Assembly (NCBI GenBank): GCA_036339955.1
Contig: JAYYZX010000025.1
Location: forward strand, 433-64,432
DNA length: 64,000 nt
Direction of reading: 5' to 3'
Source of the DNA: Bacteroidota bacterium
GTDB lineage: Bacteria; Bacteroidota; Bacteroidia; Flavobacteriales; BACL11
Shown here one piece after another: positions 46,566 through 56,495 of this stretch; within the stretch, counting starts at the first letter, position 1; each line of letters starts with the position of its first letter. Made by a program: the position numbers and the translations under genes. Below the pieces are notes generated by a model that saw nothing but the letters and a program-made list of their open reading frames with translations, did no database searches and was not told the DNA's origin.

Positions 46566-48275
46566 TTATTTTATTTCTAGAACTAAAGGATCTAAAGAAC
46601 GTTCACGAGTATTTTTCGCATCAATTCTTCTTGCTTTAATATCATAGATTGTTATAGTATTTCCTGATTTAGTATTTTTAATAATTCCTTCCATCTTACT
46701 AGTAAATTGAGGGCCCTTTGCTTCAGCTTTTTGCTGTTCTCCCTTATAAATCCCAGAAAGTCTAAAAGAAGTTACAGTATATCTAACTCCTTTAAAATCA
46801 AAATCTTTTAATTGCGCTAATATACCTCCTGCATTTACCATCTTCATTTTATCAATAACCTTCATCCCTCCAGTCTCAATAGTAAACTGTATATAAGGCT
46901 TAGGTGGAGGAACTTCTTTAACCCTAAATTCCATTTCCCCCATTTTCGTACGATTACCTTCAACCTGTGCATATAATGAAACAATTGCTTTCCCTTTCTT
47001 TGATGGCCTTGCGATATATTCTCCAGTAGACTTTTTTGCTGTACTAAGCCTACCATTTGTAATTGAAGGTGTAATATCTGTTACAGCAAATCCAGGAACT
47101 GATATTTTAAGAGGATTATCAACTTCTAAATACAAAATATTCATATTAACAGGAGATATAACTGCACTTTTATTCGCAACAAGATAACTCCCTCTGAATG
47201 GGTATTTTTTTGTTCCTGTTTCAGTTTTCATCATAATAAGTCCACCCCATTTCTGTAATCCTTCCCTAATTGCCTTTTTAGCAAATAGTCCTTTACCATT
47301 CACTACTCTGACTACCTCGTATTCTCCAGTCATTTCATATTTGCCAGAGCCTAGAGAATCATATTCTCCTACATATATAACTGGATCTTGAGTAGTGTCT
47401 TTGGCTGAAATAAATATTTCAGAACGAAACGAATCTCCTCGTAAAACAAAACTTGATTGTGGGATTTGTATTGCTTCTGCACTAGTAAATTTTAAGGAAC
47501 CTGCATCAATATTTTCTTTTAATAATTTAATGACATCTGCCTCTGTATTACGAATATCAGATTGCATTTTAGAAAGCAAAGTTAAAGCACCAACAGCAGG
47601 CATATCCACAAAATTATAAGTTTCCCAATCTTGACCGCCGACACCACTTTTGCCTGCCTTATCTGGAGTAGATAATGTATTATTTAAGCTAAGTTGTAAC
47701 ACTTCATTACCTTCAGACATTTCAAGAAGGAATTCTTTATATTCATGAATTCTGTTTTTAAGTTCACGTGCTCTTTTCGACAATCCAGTTACAAATAATT
47801 CTCCTGAAGCATCTCTATTTGATTTATCATATAACCAAGCAATATTTTTATTCTTATCAATATCCGATAATTCACTAAAAGGAATAATTCTTTTATTCTC
47901 TTGAATCTCATCTTCATTGGCGTCTAAATATTGGTCTAAAAAAACTGCTCCATCTACTTGATATACTAAATCATATTTCATCTCTTGCAAATACATATTA
48001 AGCCGACTAGCTCGCTTCTTAACTTCTAAGGCTTTATCTCTCCAAGGCCCTGCTTTAACTGGATTTAATTCTGCAGCAGCTGTAAATTCAACATAAGTTT
48101 CATTATTCTTGTCACTAAAATTATTAGTAGTTCTAACAACACCTTTATTAACCTCAAAAAACGAATCCAAAACCTCCTTAGATACATTTAATGCTAACAG
48201 AGCTGTTAGGACTAAATACATCATGTTTATCATCCTCTGCCTAGGACTTAATTCACTTGGGTGATTTCCGGACAT
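46566..48275 (-). CDS. gldM: Gliding motility/T9SS protein GldM (PorM)
   Basis: The N-terminus LSPRQRMINMMYLVLTALLALNVSKEVLDSF is the characteristic GldM anchor. 3 nt downstream of gldL. Confidence 0.9.
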   Translation of the reverse strand: MSGNHPSELSPRQRMINMMYLVLTALLALNVSKEVLDSFFEVNKGVVRTTNNFSDKNNETYVEFTAAAELNPVKAGPWRDKALEVKKRASRLNMYLQEMKYDLVYQVDGAVFLDQYLDANEDEIQENKRIIPFSELSDIDKNKNIAWLYDKSNRDASGELFVTGLSKRARELKNRIHEYKEFLLEMSEGNEVLQLSLNNTLSTPDKAGKSGVGGQDWETYNFVDMPAVGALTLLSKMQSDIRNTEADVIKLLKENIDAGSLKFTSAEAIQIPQSSFVLRGDSFRSEIFISAKDTTQDPVIYVGEYDSLGSGKYEMTGEYEVVRVVNGKGLFAKKAIREGLQKWGGLIMMKTETGTKKYPFRGSYLVANKSAVISPVNMNILYLEVDNPLKISVPGFAVTDITPSITNGRLSTAKKSTGEYIARPSKKGKAIVSLYAQVEGNRTKMGEMEFRVKEVPPPKPYIQFTIETGGMKVIDKMKMVNAGGILAQLKDFDFKGVRYTVTSFRLSGIYKGEQQKAEAKGPQFTSKMEGIIKNTKSGNTITIYDIKARRIDAKNTRERSLDPLVLEIK

Positions 48276-48278
48276 ACT

Positions 48279-48938
48279 TTATTTATTAGGATTCATTGCT
48301 GTTAACATGTTACTGTAAACCTTGTTTAAAGCTTGAAGATTCTCAGCTAAATTGCTAACTTGCTGTTGGAATTGTTTAGAATCTTCAACCGAAGCTTGAA
48401 GATTCTCTAAAAATTTAGTTGTTGCTTCCATTTGTTGATTAGAAGCCTGTAATTGGAGTTCATATAATGAATTTAATGCATTCATGTTTTTCACACCTTC
48501 TTCAATTTGTTGATTGTAATTAGAAATATTCGATGCTGCTACAATTGTTTCATTCAACTGAGAAGCTGCTTCCCCAAAAGATCTCAAGCCTTCATTTAAA
48601 CTCTCAACCAGTTCATTGTCAATTTTAGCTCTTTCAAGTGCTTCATCTAATTGTTGAGAAGGTCTCTTAGCTGAATCTGGATCTTCCATGTAAGCTAACT
48701 CAGGATAGACTAAAGACCAATCTGTTTCTGTAGGTGTTTTTTCAAAAGCTGAGAAGAAGAAAATAACCGCCTCGGTTGTTAAACCAATTGCAAGAAATAA
48801 TGATGCTCCAGGCCAATGTTCTATCTTAAATAATGCTCCAATAATTACTAATGATGCTCCCCAACCATAGAGTTTAGGCATCATTACTTTATACCATTTT
48901 GCCTCGGTAATTTGCTCTAATTTATCTACAAAACCCAT
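48279..48938 (-). CDS. gldL: Gliding motility/T9SS protein GldL (PorL)
   Basis: Two N-terminal TM helices with GALFKIEHWPGA and GLTTEAVIFFFSAFE motifs, then a coiled-coil Q/N-rich tail. Confidence 0.9.
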   Translation of the reverse strand: MGFVDKLEQITEAKWYKVMMPKLYGWGASLVIIGALFKIEHWPGASLFLAIGLTTEAVIFFFSAFEKTPTETDWSLVYPELAYMEDPDSAKRPSQQLDEALERAKIDNELVESLNEGLRSFGEAASQLNETIVAASNISNYNQQIEEGVKNMNALNSLYELQLQASNQQMEATTKFLENLQASVEDSKQFQQQVSNLAENLQALNKVYSNMLTAMNPNK

Positions 48939-48966
48939 AATCTTTCATGTTTTTTAATTAATATTC

Positions 48967-50271
48967 TTATTCAAAATCTTTTTTATCCCTTCCTAAAAAG
49001 TCAACTGCACATCGAAAACCAATGTAAGATTTAGAAGTATCCTGATATTCATATGTCCTTGTACTATTTTGAATAAAATACGATATATCTTTCCAAGACC
49101 CCCCTCGTATAACTTTTCTTTTTAATACAGGGGAATCACTTTCTGAAGCATTATAGTGATAATCTGTATTCATATCATGTGAATAGCTAAATGCTGACTC
49201 ATCAAATGCATTAGATGTCCATTCTGCTACGTTACCTGCCATATCATACAAGCCATATCCATTTGGATTATAACTAGCAACTTTGATTGCTTTTAGACCT
49301 CCATCAGCAGTATAATTACCTCGTAATGGCTTAAAGTTAGCTAAAAAACAACCCTTTATATTTCTTGTATAAGGGCCTCCCCATGGATAAGGAGAATAAT
49401 CTTGGCCTCCTCTAGAAGCATATTCCCATTCTGATTCAGTTGGAAGTCTAAATTCAGGTAAAGTAGGCGCATCAATCTTTTTTAGGTAGTCTGTCATGAT
49501 TTGACTTCTCCATTTTGTAAAAGCAACTGCTTGCTGCCAATTTACGCCAACAACAGGATAATCATCAAATGCAGGATGCCAAAAATAATTTTTTGAATAA
49601 GGCTCGTTAAACGAATATGCATAATCATGGATCCAAACAAGAGTGTCTGGGAATATAGAAGTTTCTAGATCTAAAAGAAATTCACTTCTGTCTCTTTTAC
49701 CACTTGCATCTCCTTCTCTATTAGTCTTAGTAGCTGCATTACGAATATTTAATACTTGATATTTGTAGATATATTTTCTTGTGTCAAATTCTCGTTTACC
49801 ATTATATCTCTCGTGTTCAGACAAATACATCTCTTCTTCTAATATTTCTCTAACTTCTTGATCATCCCATCCAATTTTCTCTTTCCAATTAATTCTTGGT
49901 TGTTCTAAAAAATTACCAAACTTATCTTCCTCGATGATATGCTCTCCGATACCAGCTTCTCCCAATAACATATGAGCAATTGAATCTCTAACCCAATTAG
50001 TGAATTGTCTATATTCATTATTGGTTATTTCAGTTTGATCCATATAAAACGCTCCAACAGAAACTGTTTTAGCAGAACTTACGTTTGCAAATGGGACATC
50101 TTGATCCGAAGGCCCCATTACAAAACTTCCTTGAGGAACAAATACCATTCCATAAGGATCAGTTGGATTCCACTTTGCACGCTTTTGCATGCCAATTAAT
50201 TCTCCATTTCCAGAACCGCCACAAGCAGTTAAAAAAATGACAATTAAACTTATTAATATAATCTTTTTCAT
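48967..50271 (-). CDS. gldK: Gliding motility/T9SS lipoprotein GldK (PorK; FGE-sulfatase fold)
   Basis: Lipobox IVIFLTAC. FGE/SUMF1-like motifs: MVFVPQGSFVMG, PVVGVNWQQAVAF, LPTESEWEYA, YGLYDMAGNVAEW, RGGSW. Confidence 0.9.
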   Translation of the reverse strand: MKKIILISLIVIFLTACGGSGNGELIGMQKRAKWNPTDPYGMVFVPQGSFVMGPSDQDVPFANVSSAKTVSVGAFYMDQTEITNNEYRQFTNWVRDSIAHMLLGEAGIGEHIIEEDKFGNFLEQPRINWKEKIGWDDQEVREILEEEMYLSEHERYNGKREFDTRKYIYKYQVLNIRNAATKTNREGDASGKRDRSEFLLDLETSIFPDTLVWIHDYAYSFNEPYSKNYFWHPAFDDYPVVGVNWQQAVAFTKWRSQIMTDYLKKIDAPTLPEFRLPTESEWEYASRGGQDYSPYPWGGPYTRNIKGCFLANFKPLRGNYTADGGLKAIKVASYNPNGYGLYDMAGNVAEWTSNAFDESAFSYSHDMNTDYHYNASESDSPVLKRKVIRGGSWKDISYFIQNSTRTYEYQDTSKSYIGFRCAVDFLGRDKKDFE

Positions 50272-50306
50272 AATGTTATAATTTTAACGTTAAAAGATTC
50301 TTAAAA

Positions 50307-51227
50307 TTATAAGAATCTTGGGTTTTTATATTTCGAATCTGGCCTGCTATATTTGATCTTGAAACAATAACCTAACATAAATTCTAAACTATTAGGTAAT
50401 TCTGAGCCAATAGTTATATCATAAGCAAGTCCAAATTTTAAATCATCAGTAATATTCATTCCAGTAAGAGCTACCAGCCCTTCATCTAGTCTATAACTAA
50501 CTCCACTCCAAATTAAATCATTGTAAATAACATTTGTATTTACATCAAGTTGAGACGTAGCACCATCAGATTTTAAATACAAAGAAGGATTTAACGAAAT
50601 ATTCGAAGTGATCTGATAATAATAACCAGAAATTAAAAAATAATGTCTTTCTAAATTAAATGTTTGGCCATCACTCCATTCTATAACTGGTTCAGGAATA
50701 TGCGCTGTAGATACACCAATATATGCATCTTGAGTATTAAAATAAACTCCCGCTCCAAAATCCAATTTGGACCCCTGAACATTACCTTCTGGCGTACTAG
50801 GGTCAATGCCTAAAGATTTATCGTAGCGTAAATAACCTCCATCTATACCACTTTGATACATCCCAAGAGATATACCTACCCCCAATTGTCCTGAGCCAAT
50901 TTCAGTACGATAAGCATAAACACCTTTAAATTCTATTGTGCTGAAAGGTCCTATCCCATCTTTTACAACATTTAATCCAACTCCTCCATGTAAAAAAGGC
51001 ATAGGAGCATCAATACTGAAATTTAATGTCTTAGGAGCCCCTTCAAAACTCATCCATTGAGAACGATGTAAAACAGTTGCGCAAATAGCTCCATTACTTC
51101 CTGCAAAACCAGGGTTATTAGCCAACTTATTAAACATATTCTGACTAAATTGAGGCTCTTGCTGTGCATGTAAGAGACTACACACAAAGACACCTAAAAA
51201 ACTAAAAACAATCTTTCTCAACCTCAT
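50307..51227 (-). CDS. porP: PorP/SprF-family T9SS outer-membrane protein
   Basis: Signal peptide followed by QQEPQFSQNMFNKLANNPGFAG, the hallmark N-terminal motif of the PorP/SprF family. 35 nt upstream of gldK. Confidence 0.85.
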   Translation of the reverse strand: MRLRKIVFSFLGVFVCSLLHAQQEPQFSQNMFNKLANNPGFAGSNGAICATVLHRSQWMSFEGAPKTLNFSIDAPMPFLHGGVGLNVVKDGIGPFSTIEFKGVYAYRTEIGSGQLGVGISLGMYQSGIDGGYLRYDKSLGIDPSTPEGNVQGSKLDFGAGVYFNTQDAYIGVSTAHIPEPVIEWSDGQTFNLERHYFLISGYYYQITSNISLNPSLYLKSDGATSQLDVNTNVIYNDLIWSGVSYRLDEGLVALTGMNITDDLKFGLAYDITIGSELPNSLEFMLGYCFKIKYSRPDSKYKNPRFL

Positions 51228-51384
51228 CTTCTACTAGTAATTTTAAATTTTTCAACTGCTAAAATAAACAATTTTTAGTTATTCGTACTGAAAAAGCACA
51301 TTCTTAGTGAGATTAATAGAAAATAAACTTCTAAAATCACGTTTTAAACACATTACATTTAAAAAGTTTCTATAAAACAGTATC

Positions 51385-52545
51385 TTAATCTAATTTCTTA
51401 AACGTCTTGATCCATCTCTCCGGGACCTCCCCCTTATTAGCTTGCTCATAGTCTTGATATGAACAGGCAACAAAATAATTGCTTTCTGGGCTATTATCAT
51501 CTGATTGAAATGGAACCCCCATCCACCACCGCCCACTGCTATTACTCTTATAAAAAATAATTTCATTCTTTTCGTCTTCAAAAGCAACAGTATACTTTGT
51601 ACAATCCTTTATATTAGGATTAATTTCATTTTTTCTTTTTATATATCCTTCTAAAAAATACCATATCATTTGCGATATTAATTTAGCCGTTTGATTATCC
51701 TTATCTAAATTCTGATTGTATTCGAATATACCTACTGAAGTAAGCTTATCACTAATACCTGCATAACGCATAATCTTGCATGCATCTTCTCCTGCTAAAC
51801 CATTAGGGCTAGCGTATACATTTGCAGAAGCATACGCATATTGGATTGCTGAAATATCAAAACTTATAAAATCTGTATTTCTCATAATTGGCTCTAATTC
51901 ATTCATGTTGCTCCTAATGTATCCAAGGCGATATGTATCAAAATTCATACTTTCGAGCATTTCAATTGCCATAGGACTCACATAAAAAGATTGATAACCT
52001 ATATTAGAATAATGAAACAAATGATTTGGTGTATAACCAATTATCTTACCTAAAAACGAAAAAGAGGCCAATTGATCCTCTTCCATACCAATATCAAAAC
52101 TTTTATCTACACAACAGAAAGTAATAATTTTTTTCATACCCACATATGCTTTATAAACCGCATAACTAATATCTTGTCCACCTCCAATAATACAGGGGAT
52201 AATACCTCTAGTAAATAGCTCAATACATATAGCCTCAATAATTTTAAAAGATTCTTTTCTAGTGGGCATTAATATTAAATTTCCTAAATCTACAATTTTA
52301 GGTGCATTATCAAAATGTAGTTGATATAAAGAGTCTCTTACTTTACAATCATTATTATCAGTAATGTTATTTGACCCTTCGTATTCTTTAACATTGAATA
52401 TCGCAATATCTACAATATTTAAATCTGGGAAATTATCCTGAGTATGGCTATCTATTGATCTCCCTAGTTGTGTAAGAGACCATCTTTCTTTATTTGAATA
52501 GATCCCTTGGTTTAAAGGATCAAAATATGAATTAAAATCAATCAA
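51385..52545 (-). CDS. Arginase/formiminoglutamase-fold protein with degenerate metal-binding motifs and a ~90-aa C-terminal extension
   Basis: IIGGGQDISYAVY (normally GGGHE/GGDHS), CCVDKSFD (normally DAHxD), ISFDISAI (normally DxDxxD), and GIFEYNQNLD retained. Confidence 0.7.
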   Translation of the reverse strand: MIDFNSYFDPLNQGIYSNKERWSLTQLGRSIDSHTQDNFPDLNIVDIAIFNVKEYEGSNNITDNNDCKVRDSLYQLHFDNAPKIVDLGNLILMPTRKESFKIIEAICIELFTRGIIPCIIGGGQDISYAVYKAYVGMKKIITFCCVDKSFDIGMEEDQLASFSFLGKIIGYTPNHLFHYSNIGYQSFYVSPMAIEMLESMNFDTYRLGYIRSNMNELEPIMRNTDFISFDISAIQYAYASANVYASPNGLAGEDACKIMRYAGISDKLTSVGIFEYNQNLDKDNQTAKLISQMIWYFLEGYIKRKNEINPNIKDCTKYTVAFEDEKNEIIFYKSNSSGRWWMGVPFQSDDNSPESNYFVACSYQDYEQANKGEVPERWIKTFKKLD

Positions 52546-52551
52546 AATAAC

Positions 52552-54891
52552 TTATTTGTTAAGTTTAGACTGGCGTTCCTCCATCAAAGATAAACATTTT
52601 GCTCTCTCTAATGATTTTGGCTCAATACCATTTGGTATTTTTACATTAATTCTTTTACCTTTCTCTGGGGTGATTTGGATAAAAGGGCCATATCGCCCAT
52701 TAAGCACCTGTATCAATGGATCTCCCTTAAATTCTAAAATAAGTCTTTCACTATCTGCTTTTAGTTTCTTTTTTATCAACTCAATAGCTCTTGCAATATT
52801 AATAGTAAATGGGTCCTCTTGATCAGACTCTTTAATAGATGTAAATTTTCCTTTATACCTTAAATATGGACCAAATTTACCAATAGACGCAATAACATCT
52901 TCTCCTTCAAACAACCCTACATTTCTAGGAAGCAGAAACAATCTTAATGCTTCTTCTAAAGTTATCTTTTGTAATTTCTGCCCTTTCAAAAGAGAAGCAA
53001 ACTTTGGTTTAGGAGCTTGATCATTCTTTTGTTGTTCTCCTAATTGTACCATAGGGCCAAAAGGACCAATTCTTACATAGACATTGTGTCCAGAATCTGG
53101 ATCTTTACCTAATAATCTTTCTCCTGAAGCTTTATCTGCAGAATCTAAAACATTTTCCACCTTGGCATGAAACTTACTGTAAAATGCGCTTATCATCTCA
53201 TTCCAAACTTTTTTACCAGAGGCTATCTCATCAAATTCTGTTTCTACACTAGCTGTAAAACCATAATCCATAACTTTATCAAAGTTTTGTACTAAAAAAT
53301 CATTCACAACCAGTCCTATATCAGTAGGGAAAAGTTTGAATTTCTCTGCACCAGTTCTAATAGTTTTAGTACTTTTTCTAAGTTTTTCGGCTTCTAATAC
53401 TATCAACTGTATCTGTTTGTCAATTCCTTCTCGAGTTTCCTTTTCTATATAGCCTCTTTTTTGAATAGTTGTAATTGTAGCTGCATAAGTAGAAGGTCTA
53501 CCTATTCCTAATTCTTCCATTTTTTTTACTAAACTTGCCTCTGCATATCTAGCGGGAGGACGACTAAATTGTTCAATCGCTTGCATTTTTTTTAAATATA
53601 GGCTTTCCTTGACTTTTAATACTGGGAGTATTCCTTGCTTTTCGTCTTTATCATCATCTTTACTCTCCATATATACCTTCATAAATCCATCAAAAGTAAT
53701 TACCTCTCCTTTGGCTAGAAAATACTCTTTTCTTGTTGAAACATCTATATTGACTACGGTACGCTCTAACTTAGCATCAGCCATTTGTGAGGCTATAGTC
53801 CGCTTCCAAATTAAATCATACAAACGCTGATGTGAAGTTTCTCCTTCAATAGATTTGTTTTGGATATAAGACGGACGTATTGCTTCATGCGCTTCTTGAG
53901 CTCCTTTTGCTTTTTTTGTATACACCCTTCTCTTAAAATATTGTTTACCATATAATTTTGCAATCTCTTTTTTAGCTGAATTAATTGCATCTTCTGATAA
54001 ATTTACACTATCTGTTCTCATATATGTAATCTTACCTGCTTCATACAATTTTTGTGCAATCATCATAGTTTTGCTTACAGAAAAGCCTAATTTCCTAGAA
54101 GCTTCCTGCTGTAAAGTAGAAGTTATGAAAGGAGCCGTAGGTGACTTTTTAGATGGTTTTTTTTCGAGAGATTTGATTCTAAACTTAGCTTTCCTACATG
54201 CTTCTAAAAAATTATATGCCTCTTCGATATTGGTAAATCGTTGAGAAAGCTCTGCAGAAACTATATCTTCTTCTTTATTGAAAAAATTAGCATTCAACTT
54301 ATAAGATGATATACTACTGAATTTTTGTATTTCCTGTTCTCGTTCAGCAATTAAACGCACTGCAACAGATTGAACTCTACCTGCTGAAAGCCCTCTCTTC
54401 ACCTTTCTCCATAATATGGGAGAAAGCTCAAAACCAACTAAACGATCTAATACCCTTCGGGCTTGCTGTGCATTCACCAAGTTTATATCAATATTTCTAG
54501 GGTTTTCAACTGCGTTGGATATTGCTTTCTTAGTTATTTCATGAAAAACAATTCTTTTAGTTACAGACTCTGGTAAATTAAGCGCTTGTGTCAAATGCCA
54601 AGCAATAGCCTCTCCTTCCCTGTCTTCATCTGTAGCTAACCAAACAAAATCAGCTTTTTTTGCTAAAACTTTTAAACTATTAACAATCTTCTTTTTGTCT
54701 TCTGAAATTTCATAACTTGGGGTAAAATTATTATCTATATCTATAGCCATACCTCCTCCCTTAGAAGGTAGATCTCTAATATGCCCTATACTAGATTCTA
54801 CAAGAAAATCTTCTCCCAGATAACCTTGAATAATTTTTTTCTTTGCAGGAGACTCAACAATAACCAAGTTTTTCGCCACTAAATTTGACAT
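52552..54891 (-). CDS. topA: DNA topoisomerase I
   Basis: Toprim start LVIVESPAKKKIIQGYLG, ATDEDREGEAI, active-site region ITYMRTDS. 779 aa. Confidence 0.95.
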   Translation of the reverse strand: MSNLVAKNLVIVESPAKKKIIQGYLGEDFLVESSIGHIRDLPSKGGGMAIDIDNNFTPSYEISEDKKKIVNSLKVLAKKADFVWLATDEDREGEAIAWHLTQALNLPESVTKRIVFHEITKKAISNAVENPRNIDINLVNAQQARRVLDRLVGFELSPILWRKVKRGLSAGRVQSVAVRLIAEREQEIQKFSSISSYKLNANFFNKEEDIVSAELSQRFTNIEEAYNFLEACRKAKFRIKSLEKKPSKKSPTAPFITSTLQQEASRKLGFSVSKTMMIAQKLYEAGKITYMRTDSVNLSEDAINSAKKEIAKLYGKQYFKRRVYTKKAKGAQEAHEAIRPSYIQNKSIEGETSHQRLYDLIWKRTIASQMADAKLERTVVNIDVSTRKEYFLAKGEVITFDGFMKVYMESKDDDKDEKQGILPVLKVKESLYLKKMQAIEQFSRPPARYAEASLVKKMEELGIGRPSTYAATITTIQKRGYIEKETREGIDKQIQLIVLEAEKLRKSTKTIRTGAEKFKLFPTDIGLVVNDFLVQNFDKVMDYGFTASVETEFDEIASGKKVWNEMISAFYSKFHAKVENVLDSADKASGERLLGKDPDSGHNVYVRIGPFGPMVQLGEQQKNDQAPKPKFASLLKGQKLQKITLEEALRLFLLPRNVGLFEGEDVIASIGKFGPYLRYKGKFTSIKESDQEDPFTINIARAIELIKKKLKADSERLILEFKGDPLIQVLNGRYGPFIQITPEKGKRINVKIPNGIEPKSLERAKCLSLMEERQSKLNK

Positions 54892-55027
54892 ATACTGATT
54901 CTAAAAAAATTTCTGCAAAGAAAACAAAGAATTCATAATAAATCCAAATTAAATTTTTAATGACATATAATTTATATTATATATAATATAACAAATTAAA
55001 AATTATGACACATTGTCAGTTTTTTCT

Positions 55028-55035
55028 TAAATTTG
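55028..55035 (+). promoter_or_regulatory. Candidate Bacteroidota -7 promoter box (TAnnTTTG) for miaB
   Basis: TAAATTTG lies 20 nt upstream of the miaB ATG, in the AT-rich divergent topA/miaB spacer. No convincing -33 TTTG at canonical spacing. Confidence 0.3.
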
Positions 55036-55054
55036 CAAACTAGAAATTAAATAC

Positions 55055-56491
55055 ATGGATTTTAATCAATATATTAATCAGGATAAGCAAGGTGAGCCTC
55101 TTAATCTAAAATTAACAAATTCTCCTAAAAGAAAAATGTATATTGAAAGTTATGGATGTCAAATGAATTTCTCTGATAGCGAAATAGTAGCTTCTATATT
55201 AGCAAAACAAGATTTTACCACAACTCAAAATATTGAAGATGCAGATGTAGTATTTGTAAATACTTGCTCTATAAGAGAAAAAGCTGAACAAACAGTAAGA
55301 AAAAGACTAGAACTTTATAATTCTATAAAAAAGAAAAAAAACCCTTCTATGATTGTAGGAGTTATGGGATGTATGGCAGAAAGGCTAAAAGAAAAATTTC
55401 TTGAAGAAGAAAAACTAGTAGATATTGTTATTGGTCCAGATGCATATAGAGATTTGCCAAACTTAATCAAACAGGTTGACGATGGGAGAAAAGCGGTCAA
55501 TGTCATTCTTTCAAAAGAAGAAACTTATGCTGATATTAGCCCAATTCGTTTAGGAGGTAATGGGATAACAGCTTTTATTTCAATTACAAGAGGATGTGAT
55601 AATATGTGTACTTTTTGCGTTGTCCCTTTTACACGAGGAAGAGAAAGAAGTAGAAATCCAGAAAGTATTATAAATGAGTGCGCACAGCTAGTAGAACAAG
55701 GATATAAAGAAGTAACTCTTTTAGGGCAAAATGTAGACTCATATTTATGGTACGGAGGGGGATTAAAAAAAGAATTCAAGAATGCTAGTAAAATTTCACA
55801 AAAAAATGCTGTGAATTTCTCTAATTTATTAGAATTAGTTGCAAAAGTAGATCCTAAATTAAGAATACGTTTTTCTACTTCTAATCCTCAAGACATGACA
55901 GATGAGGTACTCCATACAATAGCTAAATATGATAATATTTGCAAATATATTCACTTACCCGTTCAATCAGGAAGTAGCAGAATATTAAAATTAATGAATA
56001 GAGGTTACTCTCGTGAAGAATATATAGAATTAATAGATCGTATAAATAAAATAGTTCCTGAATGCGGAATATCAATGGATATAATTGCTGGTTTTTGCTC
56101 TGAGACTAAAAAAGATCATGAAGCAACATTAAGTTTAATGGATTATGTAAAATATGATTTTGGATATATGTTTAACTATTCGGAAAGACCCAATACGAAT
56201 GCTGCAAAAAAGTTAACCGATGATGTGCCAAAAAGAATAAAACAAAAAAGATTATCTGAAATCATAGAAAAACAAATGAAACATTCCTTATTTAATAATA
56301 GAAAGAGAATTGGTAATGAATATGAAGTCTTAATTGAAAGTTTCTCTAAAAAATCAGAAGAAAATTTATACGGAAGAACAACCCATAACACTCCTGTTGT
56401 ATTCCCTAAAAATAATTATAAATTTGGAGATTATGTGAATGTAAAAATTACAAATTGCACAGCAACAACATTAATTGGAGAAGCAATTTAA
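55055..56491 (+). CDS. miaB: tRNA-i6A37 methylthiotransferase MiaB (radical SAM)
   Basis: [15 protein letters not shown], a second cluster Cys in [11 protein letters not shown], radical-SAM [11 protein letters not shown], and a C-terminal TRAM-like end. Confidence 0.9.
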   Translation: MDFNQYINQDKQGEPLNLKLTNSPKRKMYIESYGCQMNFSDSEIVASILAKQDFTTTQNIEDADVVFVNTCSIREKAEQTVRKRLELYNSIKKKKNPSMIVGVMGCMAERLKEKFLEEEKLVDIVIGPDAYRDLPNLIKQVDDGRKAVNVILSKEETYADISPIRLGGNGITAFISITRGCDNMCTFCVVPFTRGRERSRNPESIINECAQLVEQGYKEVTLLGQNVDSYLWYGGGLKKEFKNASKISQKNAVNFSNLLELVAKVDPKLRIRFSTSNPQDMTDEVLHTIAKYDNICKYIHLPVQSGSSRILKLMNRGYSREEYIELIDRINKIVPECGISMDIIAGFCSETKKDHEATLSLMDYVKYDFGYMFNYSERPNTNAAKKLTDDVPKRIKQKRLSEIIEKQMKHSLFNNRKRIGNEYEVLIESFSKKSEENLYGRTTHNTPVVFPKNNYKFGDYVNVKITNCTATTLIGEAI

Positions 56492-56495
56492 ATAA

